NCBI GenBank assembly: GCA_963805975.1
Contig: CAWDVR010000002.1
Location: forward strand, 864,001 to 928,000
Direction of reading: 5' to 3'
Length of the DNA: 64,000 nt
From: an uncultured Acidobacteriota bacterium
GTDB lineage: Bacteria > Acidobacteriota > Thermoanaerobaculia > Multivoradales > SZUA-115
Shown: positions 48,792-59,719 of the stretch, one piece after another
How positions within the stretch are numbered: position 1 is the first letter of the stretch
Layout of the letters: the number at the start of each line of letters is the position of its first letter
The notes under the pieces: model-generated
The model's input: the letters and a program-made list of their open reading frames with translations, nothing else
Told to the model about the DNA's origin: nothing
Database searches by the model: none
Made by a program: the position numbers and the translations under genes

Positions 48792-50456
48792 CTACTCGGC
48801 TTTCGACAGGTAGAGATCGAGGCGCACCGGCGCAGCGTCCTCGTCGTCGGGCGAGCGGCCGGAGGCCGGCCGCGTCTGGGTGAGCATCAGGTCCGCGCGG
48901 CCGTCGCCGTTCAGGTCCTCGACCCGCACCAGCGCCAGATCCTGCGGCGGCTCGTCGAGCGGGATCGAGAGGTCCGGGGCGCCGGGATACGAGCAGTCGT
49001 CCCGGCCGCGGTGGAGGGTCACGGTCTTGCCGCGGCCGATCTGCACGAAGTCCGCACGGCCGTCGCCGTCGAAGTCGCCGGCGAAGAGCGAGAGCTGCCC
49101 CAGTCGGAGGTTGTTGAGGTCGATCTTGAACTCGCCCGCGAGGTCCAGGCCGGTCACCGGCTGGAAGCTGCCGTCGCTCTTCTGACACCAGATGCGGAAG
49201 TCGAGCCCCAGGGTGATGCGCTTCACCGCCAGCACGCGCACCGCCTGCAGCAGCGAGAAGTCGAGCGCCACGGCCACCAGGTCGAGGCGGCCGTCGCCGT
49301 TCAGATCCTGGAAGCCGCCGGGGATGCTCGGCCCGTCGCCGCCGGCGCCGAAAGCGTAGCCCACGGTCGAGAGGACGCGCCCGCCGCTCTCCGGGACCGG
49401 GCCCAGCGGATGGATGCGGTAGGTGAAGTGAGGCTCCTTCGCCTCCTTGAGGCCGGCCCGCAGGCCCTTGGGGTCCTCGTTCGGCTGCTCCTCGGTCACC
49501 ATCTCGGCTTGGCCGTCGCCGTCCAGATCGCCCACGAAGACCACTTCCGGCTTGGCGTCGCGAGAGCGGTCTCCGAGCGGCGCGATCGGTGGCGCGAAGT
49601 GCCCGCCGCCCGTGCCTCGCAGCACCTGGAATTCGTTCCACTGCTTCAGATGGTCGCGCAGCAGGAGGTCGGGCAGGCCGTCGGCGTCCACGTCCTCGAC
49701 CACCGGCAGCGGGTAGTGCCGCACCAGGCCGCGGTGGTACTGGAAGGCCTTGCCCGGGAGGCGGGAATCGAAGGGCAGCGCCACCCTCGCCGCCGGCTGG
49801 CGCTCGAGGCTGCCGGCGCGAGCCAGGTAGATCGAGGCGCCGTCCGAGGTCGGCAGCAGGAAGTCCGCGGCGCCGTCGCCGTCGAGATCGCGCGCCAGCT
49901 CGAGGCGCGGTACGAATACGCCGGCACCGGCGAGCACCGGCGGCTCGGCGATCCAGGGCTCGAGCGAGAGGGTGCCCTCCGCCGACAGCCGCAGCACCGA
50001 CACGCCCTCGTCGGTGAGCGCCAGCACCGGCTGCGACGCCGGCCCGGCCTCCATGCTGATCACCGAGGGTTGGAGCGCCAGCGGCTCGCCAGCCAGCCGG
50101 TAGCCGCCGGCGCCGTCCGCCAGGTACGCCCGCACCTCGCGCCGGTCGAGGAGCGCCGAGACCACGGTCAGCACCTCGACCAGGCCGTCGACCCCCTCCA
50201 TCTCCGAGGACTCCTCGATCCCGATCTCGCCGTGCTCGGTGTAGGCCAGCACCACCGCCAGGTCGAGCCGGCCGTCGTGGTTCAGGTCCGCCGGCACCAC
50301 CACCGCCGGCGCACCGGGAAGCTCCAGGCGCACGCGCTCCCGGTCGAGCGGGCGGGAGGCGGCGGCGAGACCCGGAGGCATCGCGCTCGCGAGCATCGCG
50401 AAGAGCAGGCAGCGGATCGTCGGGGCTGGGGCGAGGCGGGAGGTGTGGGAGCGCAT
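48792..50456 (-). CDS. Secreted FG-GAP/VCBS repeat protein (7 repeats)
   Basis: DLNHDGRLD, DLDGDGAAD, DVDADGLPD, DLDGDGQAE, DLNGDGRLD, DFDGDGRAD, DLNGDGRAD. Confidence 0.85.
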   Translation of the reverse strand: MRSHTSRLAPAPTIRCLLFAMLASAMPPGLAAASRPLDRERVRLELPGAPAVVVPADLNHDGRLDLAVVLAYTEHGEIGIEESSEMEGVDGLVEVLTVVSALLDRREVRAYLADGAGGYRLAGEPLALQPSVISMEAGPASQPVLALTDEGVSVLRLSAEGTLSLEPWIAEPPVLAGAGVFVPRLELARDLDGDGAADFLLPTSDGASIYLARAGSLERQPAARVALPFDSRLPGKAFQYHRGLVRHYPLPVVEDVDADGLPDLLLRDHLKQWNEFQVLRGTGGGHFAPPIAPLGDRSRDAKPEVVFVGDLDGDGQAEMVTEEQPNEDPKGLRAGLKEAKEPHFTYRIHPLGPVPESGGRVLSTVGYAFGAGGDGPSIPGGFQDLNGDGRLDLVAVALDFSLLQAVRVLAVKRITLGLDFRIWCQKSDGSFQPVTGLDLAGEFKIDLNNLRLGQLSLFAGDFDGDGRADFVQIGRGKTVTLHRGRDDCSYPGAPDLSIPLDEPPQDLALVRVEDLNGDGRADLMLTQTRPASGRSPDDEDAAPVRLDLYLSKAE

Positions 50457-50510
50457 CTTCTAGTCTAGAGACGCTGCCGACCGGCCGATGTTACGCGGTG
50501 CGCCGTGCCC

Positions 50511-51707
50511 TTACTTCCGCCCCGGGTAGACCTCGAGCGCCCGGGCCAGGAGCCGGGTGGCGCGGCGGATGGCGTCGACATTCAATACAAAGGCGATGCG
50601 CGCCTCCTGCTCGCCGCGGCCGGGGGTGGCGTAGAAGCCGTTGCCGGGAGCGAGCATCAGGGTCTCGCCGCCCTCGGAGAAGTCCGTCAGGAGCCAGGAG
50701 CAGAAGCGGTCCGCGTTGTCGATCGGCAGCCGCAGCATGGCGTAGAAGGCGCCCTTGGGCTTGCCCGCGATCAGGCCCGGGATGGTCTCCAGCACCTCGA
50801 AGGCGGCGTCGCGCCGGCGCAGGTACTCGAGCCGCATCTCCTCGTAGTAGCTGGCCGGTAGCGACAGCGCCGCGTTGGCCGCCAGCTGCTCCATGGTGGG
50901 AGGGCAGAGCCGAGCCTGGCCGAAGCGCAGGGCGGCGTCCACCACCTCCGGGTTCTTGCTCACCAGGCAGCCCACCCGCGCCCCGCAGGCGCTGAAGCGC
51001 TTGGAGATGCTGTCGAGGAGGATGGCGCGGTCCTCGAGCCCCGGCAGGGCGAGCACGGAACGGCTCACGGCGCCGTCGTAGACGAACTCGCGATACACCT
51101 CGTCGGCCAGCAGGAAGAGGTCGTGCTCGAGCGCGATCTCCCCGAGGGTCTCGAGCTCCTCGCGGCTCAGCACGTAGCCGGTGGGGTTGTTGGGGTTGCA
51201 GACCAGGATGGCGCGGGTGCGCGAGGTGATGCTGCCGCGGATGCTGTCGGCGGGGGGCAGGGCGTAGCCGTCCTCCGGCCGCGAGGTCACCGGCACGACC
51301 TTGACGCCGGTCTCGACGGCAAACCCGTTGTAGTTGGTGTAGAGCGGCTCCGGGACGATCACCTCGTCGCCCGGGTCGGCGACCGCCAGCAGGGCGAAGA
51401 TGATCGCCTCGCTGCCGGCCGTGGTGACGAGCACGTCCTCCTTCTCGACCGCCAGCCCCAGGCCCTGGTAGTAGCGGGCCAGGTTCGCCCGGTACTCCGG
51501 GAGCCCCCCGGAATGGCCATACTCGAGGATCTCCAGGTCGTGGTTGCGGAACGCGTCGAGCATCACGCGCGGCGTGGGCACGTCGGGCTGACCGATGTTC
51601 AGGTGGTAGACGTGGGTGCCCCGGCGCTTGGCCTCGTCGGCCAGGGGGACCAGGCGGCGAATCGGCGAGGGCGGCATGATCCGCGCGCGCCTGGCGATGG
51701 GAGGCAT
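50511..51707 (-). CDS. Class I/II PLP-dependent aminotransferase (aspartate aminotransferase-like)
   Basis: LNIGQPD, NPNNPTG, DEVY, SISKRFSACGARVG. Confidence 0.92.
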   Translation of the reverse strand: MPPIARRARIMPPSPIRRLVPLADEAKRRGTHVYHLNIGQPDVPTPRVMLDAFRNHDLEILEYGHSGGLPEYRANLARYYQGLGLAVEKEDVLVTTAGSEAIIFALLAVADPGDEVIVPEPLYTNYNGFAVETGVKVVPVTSRPEDGYALPPADSIRGSITSRTRAILVCNPNNPTGYVLSREELETLGEIALEHDLFLLADEVYREFVYDGAVSRSVLALPGLEDRAILLDSISKRFSACGARVGCLVSKNPEVVDAALRFGQARLCPPTMEQLAANAALSLPASYYEEMRLEYLRRRDAAFEVLETIPGLIAGKPKGAFYAMLRLPIDNADRFCSWLLTDFSEGGETLMLAPGNGFYATPGRGEQEARIAFVLNVDAIRRATRLLARALEVYPGRK

Positions 51708-51778
51708 GCTGGAGGGAGATCCTTTCTTTCGTCGGCGAGCAACGCTCGGCTGCACCCCATTCTATAGACTCCGTCGCC

Positions 51779-52600
51779 ATGTACCCACGCCAGCCCGCCC
51801 GTTGGCCGCCCGAGGGCGGCGGTTTCGCCGGAGGGCCCCCGGCGCCGCGGCCCCTGCTCTATCTCCTGGGCTTCATCTTCGTCACCTTCACCCTCCAGTT
51901 CTTCGCCACCACCAAACCCTGGCTCGCCCTGCTGCGGCTCACGCCCGCCGTCTGGGAGGCGGGGTTCGTCTGGCAGCTCCTCACCTACGGCTTCGTCGGC
52001 TTCGGCCAGCCGGATTTCTGGATCCTCCTGCAGCTCCTGATGCTCTTCTTCTTCGGCCGCGACGTGTACGGGGAGCTGGGGCGGATCCGCTTCTGGAAGC
52101 TCCTCGCCTACGGCGCGCTCACCGCCTCGGTGGTCGCGGTGCTGGTGGAGCTCCTCGCCGGCTCGGCGGGCTGGTTCCCCGAGCGCCTCCCCTTCATGCT
52201 GATCCAGGGCCAGCAGATCCTGCTGGTGATCCTGGTGGCCGCCTTTGCCGTGCTGCGACGAAACGCCGTCATCCTGCTGATGTTCGTGCTGCCGGTGAAG
52301 GCGCGCTGGTTCCTGCCGCTCGAGATCCTGCTCGGCTTCCTGGGCTTCCTGTGGTCCAAGGATCTGGCCGGCTTCCTGGGTCTCTCTGCCGCGGTGGGCA
52401 TCACCTGGTGGCTGCTCCAGCCCACCAGCCTGCGGCGCCTGCTGCGCGAGGCGCGCCTGCGCCTGGAGCAGCGCTGGCTCAAGCTCCGCATGGCGGGCCT
52501 CCGGCGCCGCCGCGGTTTCAAGAGCCTCGACGGCGGCAAGGCTGGCAGCGGTACGGACCGAGGCAACGGCAAGCTGCACAAGGGGCCGTGGGTGAACTGA
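51779..52600 (+). CDS. Rhomboid-like membrane protein lacking the catalytic motif
   Basis: GFVWQLLTYGF, FFFGRDVY..LGRIRF, ILLMFVLPVKARW resemble the rhomboid scaffold; no GxS or catalytic His seen. Confidence 0.65.
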   Translation: MYPRQPARWPPEGGGFAGGPPAPRPLLYLLGFIFVTFTLQFFATTKPWLALLRLTPAVWEAGFVWQLLTYGFVGFGQPDFWILLQLLMLFFFGRDVYGELGRIRFWKLLAYGALTASVVAVLVELLAGSAGWFPERLPFMLIQGQQILLVILVAAFAVLRRNAVILLMFVLPVKARWFLPLEILLGFLGFLWSKDLAGFLGLSAAVGITWWLLQPTSLRRLLREARLRLEQRWLKLRMAGLRRRRGFKSLDGGKAGSGTDRGNGKLHKGPWVN

Positions 52601-52674
52601 AGGCTCGGGAACACCGGCTGGCGCCGGCGCGTAGACTGCGCGGGTCCCTGCCCTTCCAATCGACGGAGCCCTGC

Positions 52675-53576
<902 letters not shown>

Positions 53577-53580
<4 letters not shown>

Positions 53581-55229
53581 AGCAGAAGGCCCTCCTGGTG
53601 GCGCGGCGCGAGTACTTCGAGAACCTGCGTACCAAGACGTTCTGGATCGGCATCCTGGTGGTGCCGATCCTCCTGGTGATGGCGACCGCGGTGCCGATCT
53701 GGCTCGAGATGGCGAAAGAGGCCCGCTCCTACGCCGTCATCGACCGCTCCGGCTGGCTGCTCGAGGCGGTGGAGCGCCGCGCCGCCGAGGAAGATCTCGA
53801 GAGCGTGCTCGAAACCGCTCTCGAGCGCGAGCGGCTGGGCCGGCTCGCCACCAGCGGCCTGCCCCAGCCGGTGCGTGACGCGGCCGCCGCCCTGGCCGGC
53901 GCCATGCCTGCCCAGCCGCTCGAAGACGCGGTCGCCGGGACCCGGAAGGGGGCGCGCGACCGCGAGGAGAAGGTGCTCCGGTCGATGGCCAGGACCTCGC
54001 TCGCCGGCGGGGAGATCGCGGGCGAGGGCCTCGCCGACCTCCTGCCGGCCGCGGACGCCGAGCGGCTCGCCACCCTGGCGCCCGCGCTCGGCGCCTGGTG
54101 GAAGGGCGTATCGCCCGCCGAGGCGGGCAAGGTCTCTCCCAACCTCGCCAAGACCCGCTTCCTGCGCGTCGAGGTGCCGGGGGAAACGCCCGAGGCGCTC
54201 GAGGACCTCAACCGCCGGGTGGGAGCCGACGAGCTCTTCGGCTATTTCGTCCTCGCCCCCGACCCGCAGGCCGGCACCGAGCCCGGCCGCTACGTGTCCC
54301 GCAACCTGACCGACCGCGAGCTCTACGAGTGGTTCACCAACCTCGCCAACGGTGCGGTGCGCGAGCGGCGGCTGGCGGCCCGCGAGATCGATCCCGCCGT
54401 CGCCCGCTGGGTCCAGGAGCCGCTGCCGTTCGAGGCTCGGAAAGTGGCGGCCGGAGGCGAGGAGGCCGAGGTGAAGGCGCAGGACTTCGTGCGCCAGTGG
54501 GCGCCGGTGGCCTTCGTCTACCTGCTGTGGATCGCCGTCATGTCGATCGTCCAGATGCTCCTCAACAACACCATCGAGGAGAAGTCCAACCGCATCCTGG
54601 AGGTGCTGCTGTCGTCGGTGTCGCCGCTCCAGCTCATGGTGGGCAAAGTGCTGGGCATCGCCGCCACCGGCCTGACCATGATCGGCACCTGGCTGCTCTT
54701 CCTGGTGGGGGCGGTCTCGGTGGTGATGGCCTTCGTCGGCGACCGCGTGGACCTGGGCCTCGCGAGCGTCGCCACCGATCCCCTGCTGCTGGTCTCCTTC
54801 GTCGTCTACTTCGTGCTCGGCTACCTGCTCTACGCCGCCGTCATCGTCGGCGTCGGCTCGGTCTGCAACACGCTCAAAGAAGCCCAGAACCTGATGATGC
54901 CGATCATGATGGCGATGATGGTGCCGCTCTTCTCCATGATCCCGATCGGCAAGGACCCCAACAGCACCTTCGCTCGCGTGATGTCCTTCATCCCGCCGTT
55001 CACGCCGTTCGTGATGATGAACCGCGCCGCCGCGCCGCCGAGCGCTTTCGAGTACCTGGTGACCACGGTGATCCTGGTGCTCTCGGTCGCCGCGGCCTTC
55101 TGGGCGTCGGCCAAGATCTTCCGCATCGGCATCCTGATGACCGGCAAGCCGCCGCGCCTCTCCGAGATCCTGCGCTGGCTCAAGGCGCCGGTGGGGCAGG
55201 TGCCGGACCGGCAGCGGGCGGAGCACTGA
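53577..55229 (+). CDS. ABC-2 type permease (NatB/YhaP-like)
   Basis: ARREYFENLRTK, IEEKSNRILEVLLSSV, GKVLG; ATGA overlap with the ATPase gene. Confidence 0.9.
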
Positions 55230-55250
55230 AGGGCGGTACGATCCCGCGTC

Positions 55251-56054
55251 ATGGACAGTCATCTCGCAGGCAAGCGGTTCCTCTTGACCGGCGCCACCGG
55301 CGGCATCGGCCAGGTCACGGCCAGGGCCTTCGCTGGCGAGGGCGCGCTCCTCGCCCTCCACTGCCACCGCAGTCTCGACAGCGGGCGGGAGCTCGCCGCC
55401 TCGCTCCCGGCGCCCGCCGTCGCTCTCCAGGCCGATCTGCGGGACGAGGCGCAGGTGGAGGGGATGTTCGCCGCCATCGCGCGCGACCTGGGCCCGCTCG
55501 ACGGCATCGTGGTCAACGCCGGCGTGTGGGTGGACACACCCGTTCCCCTCCACGCCATGAGCCTCGAGCAGTGGAACGAGACCCTCGCCCTCGATCTGAC
55601 GACCGCGTTCCTCACCTGCCGCGGCTACTTCCGCGAGCTGGCCGAGGCCCGCGACCGGGGAGCGCCACGCCGGGAGGCGTCGGTGGTGCTGGTGGGCTCG
55701 ACCGCCGCGCTCTTCGGCGAGGAGAACCACGCCGACTATTCCTCAGCCAAGGCGGCGATGAGCTACGGCCTGACGCGCACGCTCAAGAACGAGATCGTGC
55801 GCCTGGCGCCGCGCGGCCGGGTCAACTGCGTGTGCCCCGGCTGGGTGATGACGGCGATGTCGGCCGCGGTGCTCGAGAACAACGCGGCCGTCGCCCGCGC
55901 CACCTCGACCATGGCGCTGCGCAAGGTGGCGACCCCGGAGGACGTGGCCGCCGCGATCGTCTTCCTCTCCTCCGACGCCCTGGCCGGTCACCTCTCCGGC
56001 ACCATCCTGCCGCTCGCGGGCGGGATGGAGGGACGGCTGCTGCACGGGGAGTAG
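55251..56054 (+). CDS. SDR family oxidoreductase
   Basis: TGATGGIG, VNAG, YSSAK, VNCVCPGWV. Confidence 0.9.
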   Translation: MDSHLAGKRFLLTGATGGIGQVTARAFAGEGALLALHCHRSLDSGRELAASLPAPAVALQADLRDEAQVEGMFAAIARDLGPLDGIVVNAGVWVDTPVPLHAMSLEQWNETLALDLTTAFLTCRGYFRELAEARDRGAPRREASVVLVGSTAALFGEENHADYSSAKAAMSYGLTRTLKNEIVRLAPRGRVNCVCPGWVMTAMSAAVLENNAAVARATSTMALRKVATPEDVAAAIVFLSSDALAGHLSGTILPLAGGMEGRLLHGE

Positions 56055-56060
56055 GAGTCG

Positions 56061-56192
56061 CCCCTCACCCCTGCCCCTCTCCCCGCAAGCGGGGCGAGGG
56101 GTTCTGAGCTGCAAGACCGGTAGGACCCTTACCCTTCGCTCCCTTCCGGCCCCCTCGCCCCGCGAGAGCGGGGAGAGGGCTGGGGTGAGGGG
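56061..56192. repeat. Inverted pair of CCCTCACCC-type repeats (family A)
   Basis: CCCCTCACCCCTGCCCCTCTCCCCGCAAGCGGGGCGAGGGG (56061-56101) and an inverted copy (56151-56192) between convergent genes. Confidence 0.85.
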
Positions 56193-56200
56193 CGCTCTGC

Positions 56201-57046
56201 CTATTCCTCCATCCGGCACTCGGAGAGGTGGCGCGCCAGGAGCACGCCGTAGGCCACCCGCTGGCCGTCCTCGAAACCGTCGCGGTACCTGGAGCTCTTC
56301 TCCCCGGACGGGTAGCGGCTGGCCGACGAGAAGGTCGAGCGCAGCCAGCCATCGCAATCGCTCGCCGAGTACCACTTCATCGCTTCGGCGCCGGCACCGA
56401 AGCCCTCGGCGTACTCTTCATCACTCGAGGCGTCGCGCAGCGCGTACTCGGCCTCGCCCAGCACCTCCTCCAGCCGCCGGTCGATCGCCGCGTTGACCTG
56501 CTCCGCTTTCCAGACCCGGTGCTCGGCGACGGTCTGCTCGTACCCTTCGGGGAAGCGCTCCTGCCGCCGCCGGTTCCAGCCCGGGGCCGCCTGCGCCTGA
56601 TCGCGGCTGGGGAAGCGGTCGAGCAGGCCGGCGAGCACCGGGTCGAGGGCCGCCGCGTCCTTGGCCTTGGCAGCCTCACGGGGCAGCTCGATCAAGAGCT
56701 CCACCTTGCAGGAGAGCTCCTCGAACAGCCGGTAGGGCCCGTCCGTGAACGGCCGCAGCAGGCCCTCGTCGACGTCGAGCAGGATCTCGATTCGCGAGCG
56801 CTTGAGATCCACCTTGTGGACCCGCGCCAGCTCCCCGGCGTCGAGACGGACGGTGCCCTTGCCGGAGACCGCCCGGCCTGCGACCTGGTTGTTCGTGTAG
56901 GAGCCGTCGCAGTTCGAGCTGACCGGCGCCTTCACCACCACCCAGGCCTCCCGCCAGCGCGCGGCGAGCTGGTCCTCGAGATCGGACGCCGCGGCCGGCG
57001 CCGTTGGCGCCAGGGCTGCCAGCAGGATGACGGTCCACCACCTCAT
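56201..57046 (-). CDS. Secreted protein of unknown function
   Basis: MRWWTVILLAALAPTAPAAA signal peptide, 4 Cys, strong coding bias. It is the 3' end of the 999 aa track ORF. Confidence 0.75.
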   Translation of the reverse strand: MRWWTVILLAALAPTAPAAASDLEDQLAARWREAWVVVKAPVSSNCDGSYTNNQVAGRAVSGKGTVRLDAGELARVHKVDLKRSRIEILLDVDEGLLRPFTDGPYRLFEELSCKVELLIELPREAAKAKDAAALDPVLAGLLDRFPSRDQAQAAPGWNRRRQERFPEGYEQTVAEHRVWKAEQVNAAIDRRLEEVLGEAEYALRDASSDEEYAEGFGAGAEAMKWYSASDCDGWLRSTFSSASRYPSGEKSSRYRDGFEDGQRVAYGVLLARHLSECRMEE

Positions 57047-57127
57047 GGGCTTCTCCTCTCGAAACCACGGAAAGCGATGCGAAACGGCTGCTATATTCTG
57101 CGCTCTTTTCCGCTCCCGGAGGCCAGC

Positions 57128-59269
57128 ATGCGACTCGTCCGCCACGCGCTCCTCGTGCTCGCCCTCCCGTGGCTCGTCACCTGCGGCGCTCCCGGCGCCG
57201 GCCGGCCGAGCGCTCCCGCCGTGACTGGAACGACTAGCGCGACCGAGATCCTCTGGGACGAGTGGGGCGTGCCGCACATCTTCGCGCGGGGCGACGAGGA
57301 GCTGTTCTACGCCCAGGGCTGGGCGCAGGCCCAGGCGCACGGCGACCTGCTGCTCGAGCTCTACGGCCGCGCCCGCGCCCGGGGCGCCGAGTACTGGGGC
57401 GAGCGCTGGCTGCCGGCGGACCGCTGGCTGGCGACGAACGGCGTGCCGGAGCGCGCCGCCTCCTGGTACGCGGCGCAGGCGCCCGACGAGCGCGCCCTGC
57501 TCGACGCCTTCGTCCACGGGGTCAACGACTTCGCGCGCGCACACCCCGAGGCGATCGCCGACCAGGTGGAGCCGGTGCTGCCGGTGAGCGGCGCGGACGT
57601 GCTTGCCCACGTGCAGCAGGCGATCCACTTCACCTTCGTCGTCGACCGCGAGAGCGTCGAGGGCACGGCGGAGCGGCTCTCGGCCGGGTCCAACGCCTGG
57701 GCCGTGGGGCCGTCGCGCTCGGCCTCGGGCAAGGCCATGCTGGTCGCCAACCCGCACCTGCCGTGGACCGACCTCTTCACCTGGTTCGAGTCGCACCTCG
57801 TGTCTCCCTCGGTCAACGCCTACGGCGTCTCGCTCGTCGGCACGCCGTTTCTCGGCATCGCCTTCAACGATCACCTGGCCTGGACCCACACTGTCAACAC
57901 CCAGGACGGCGCCGATCTCTACCAGCTCACCCTCGAGGGCGACGGCTACCGCTTCGACGGCGAGGTGAGGCCTTTCGAGCGCCAGACGCGGACGCTGAAG
58001 GTCCGCCAGCCGGACGGTTCCTCGAAAGAGGAGGCGCTCGAGATCCGCCGCTCGGTGCATGGGCCGGTGGTCGCGGCGCAGGGAGACCAGGCGCTCGCCC
58101 TGCGCGTGGTGGGCCTCGAGGACGCGCACCTCACCGGGCAGTACTGGAAGATGGCGACGGCCAGGGACCTCGCCGGCTTCGAGGGCGCTCTCGACGATCT
58201 CCAGATGCCGATGTTCACCGTGATGTATGCCGACGACGCCGGCCACGTGCTCCACCTGTTCGGCGGGCGCACGCCGGTGCGCCCGGCCGGCGACTGGGAC
58301 TGGTCGGGCGTGGTGCCGGGCGACACCTCGAAGGCCCTGTGGACCGCGACCCATCCCTATGGCGAGCTGCCGCGGGTCCTCGACCCGCCGAGCGGCTGGC
58401 TGCAGAACGCCAACGACCCGCCCTGGACCACCACCTTCCCGGCAGCGCTCGACCCCGGCGCCTTCCCGCGCTACATGGCACCCCGCTTCATGCACTTCCG
58501 AGCCCAGCGCTCGGCCCGCATGCTGCAGCAGGACGAGTCGATCACCTTCGACGAGCTCGTGGCCTACAAGCACTCGACCCGGATGGAGCTCGCCGAGCGC
58601 ATCCTCGACGACCTGGGGCGCGCCGTGGAGGCGCACGGCGACGAGACGGCGAAGCGCGCCCTGGCCGTGCTCGCGGCCTGGGACCGCAGTGCCGACGCCG
58701 GGAGCCGTGGCGCGGTGCTCTTCGAGCGCTTCTGGCGCGGTCTCGCGCACGGCGGCAAGCGGCCGTTCTCGACCCCCTGGAACGAGGGCGAGCCGCTCAC
58801 CACCCCGGACGGCCTTGCCGACCCTGCCGCCGCGGCAGCCGCCCTCTCGGCGGCCGCGGCCGGTGTCGAGGCGGATCACGGCGCGCTCGACGTGGCCTGG
58901 GGGGAGGTCTACCGCCTGCGCCAGGGCTCGCACGACCTGCCGGCCAACGGCGGGCCGGGCGGCCTGGGCATCTTCCGGGTCACCGACTTCGAAGAGGCCG
59001 ACGACCACCGACAGGTCGCCGGGGGCGGCGACTCCTACATTGCCGTGGTCGAGCTGGCCCAGCCAGTGCGCGCCCGCGTGCTCCTCTCCTACGGCAACTG
59101 GAGCCAGCCCGGCTCCCGCCACCGCGGCGACCAGCTCGAGCTCTACTCGAAAAAAGAGCTCCGGCCCGCCTGGCTCACGCGGACCGAGATCGAGGCGCAC
59201 CTGGAGCGGCGGGAGGTGGTGAGCGATGGTTCGAGCAGTAGCTCCGGCGCCCCGCCCGGGACTCCGTGA
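57128..59269 (+). CDS. Penicillin/cephalosporin/AHL acylase family Ntn hydrolase (S45)
   Basis: WDEWGVPHI, GSNAW N-terminal nucleophile Ser, ANPHLPW, QNAN, YGN; possible lipoprotein signal. Confidence 0.92.
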   Translation: MRLVRHALLVLALPWLVTCGAPGAGRPSAPAVTGTTSATEILWDEWGVPHIFARGDEELFYAQGWAQAQAHGDLLLELYGRARARGAEYWGERWLPADRWLATNGVPERAASWYAAQAPDERALLDAFVHGVNDFARAHPEAIADQVEPVLPVSGADVLAHVQQAIHFTFVVDRESVEGTAERLSAGSNAWAVGPSRSASGKAMLVANPHLPWTDLFTWFESHLVSPSVNAYGVSLVGTPFLGIAFNDHLAWTHTVNTQDGADLYQLTLEGDGYRFDGEVRPFERQTRTLKVRQPDGSSKEEALEIRRSVHGPVVAAQGDQALALRVVGLEDAHLTGQYWKMATARDLAGFEGALDDLQMPMFTVMYADDAGHVLHLFGGRTPVRPAGDWDWSGVVPGDTSKALWTATHPYGELPRVLDPPSGWLQNANDPPWTTTFPAALDPGAFPRYMAPRFMHFRAQRSARMLQQDESITFDELVAYKHSTRMELAERILDDLGRAVEAHGDETAKRALAVLAAWDRSADAGSRGAVLFERFWRGLAHGGKRPFSTPWNEGEPLTTPDGLADPAAAAAALSAAAAGVEADHGALDVAWGEVYRLRQGSHDLPANGGPGGLGIFRVTDFEEADDHRQVAGGGDSYIAVVELAQPVRARVLLSYGNWSQPGSRHRGDQLELYSKKELRPAWLTRTEIEAHLERREVVSDGSSSSSGAPPGTP

Positions 59270-59338
59270 AAAGACAGGGCTGCGTCCGTCTCAGGAGGCC
59301 TAGCAACCCCGAGGTTGCAGACCGACCAGGAGACCACC

Positions 59339-59704
59339 ATGCCCAAGAACCCTCCCCGTAACACCGAGCTCTACGAACAGGTACCCGACGGCTCGAAGCT
59401 CGAGGTCCGCGTCGGCCCCGCGGGCGCCTCCTTCACCTCCGACGCGAAGTTCTTCACCAGCGGCGAGCTGGCCCAGGAGTGGACGGACGCCAACCTCCGC
59501 CCCGGCCCCAAGAGCCCCAAGCTCGGCGCCGGGAAGGCGTATTTCCTGAGCGTCCGGCTCAAATTCCAAGCCCCGGCGACCGCGACGATCGACGTGCAGA
59601 TCACGCGGGCCGACAACACTACACATTCGACTCCCATCCACTGGGACTTGAAGGGCAAGGCCAACGGGAACGTGGTCCGCGGCCTGTTCATTCAGATGGC
59701 CTAG
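59339..59704 (+). CDS. Small beta-rich hypothetical protein
   Basis: RBS AGGAG, 121 aa, alternating beta-strand pattern, no signal peptide. Confidence 0.7.
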   Translation: MPKNPPRNTELYEQVPDGSKLEVRVGPAGASFTSDAKFFTSGELAQEWTDANLRPGPKSPKLGAGKAYFLSVRLKFQAPATATIDVQITRADNTTHSTPIHWDLKGKANGNVVRGLFIQMA

Positions 59705-59719
59705 GAACGGGAGACAACG

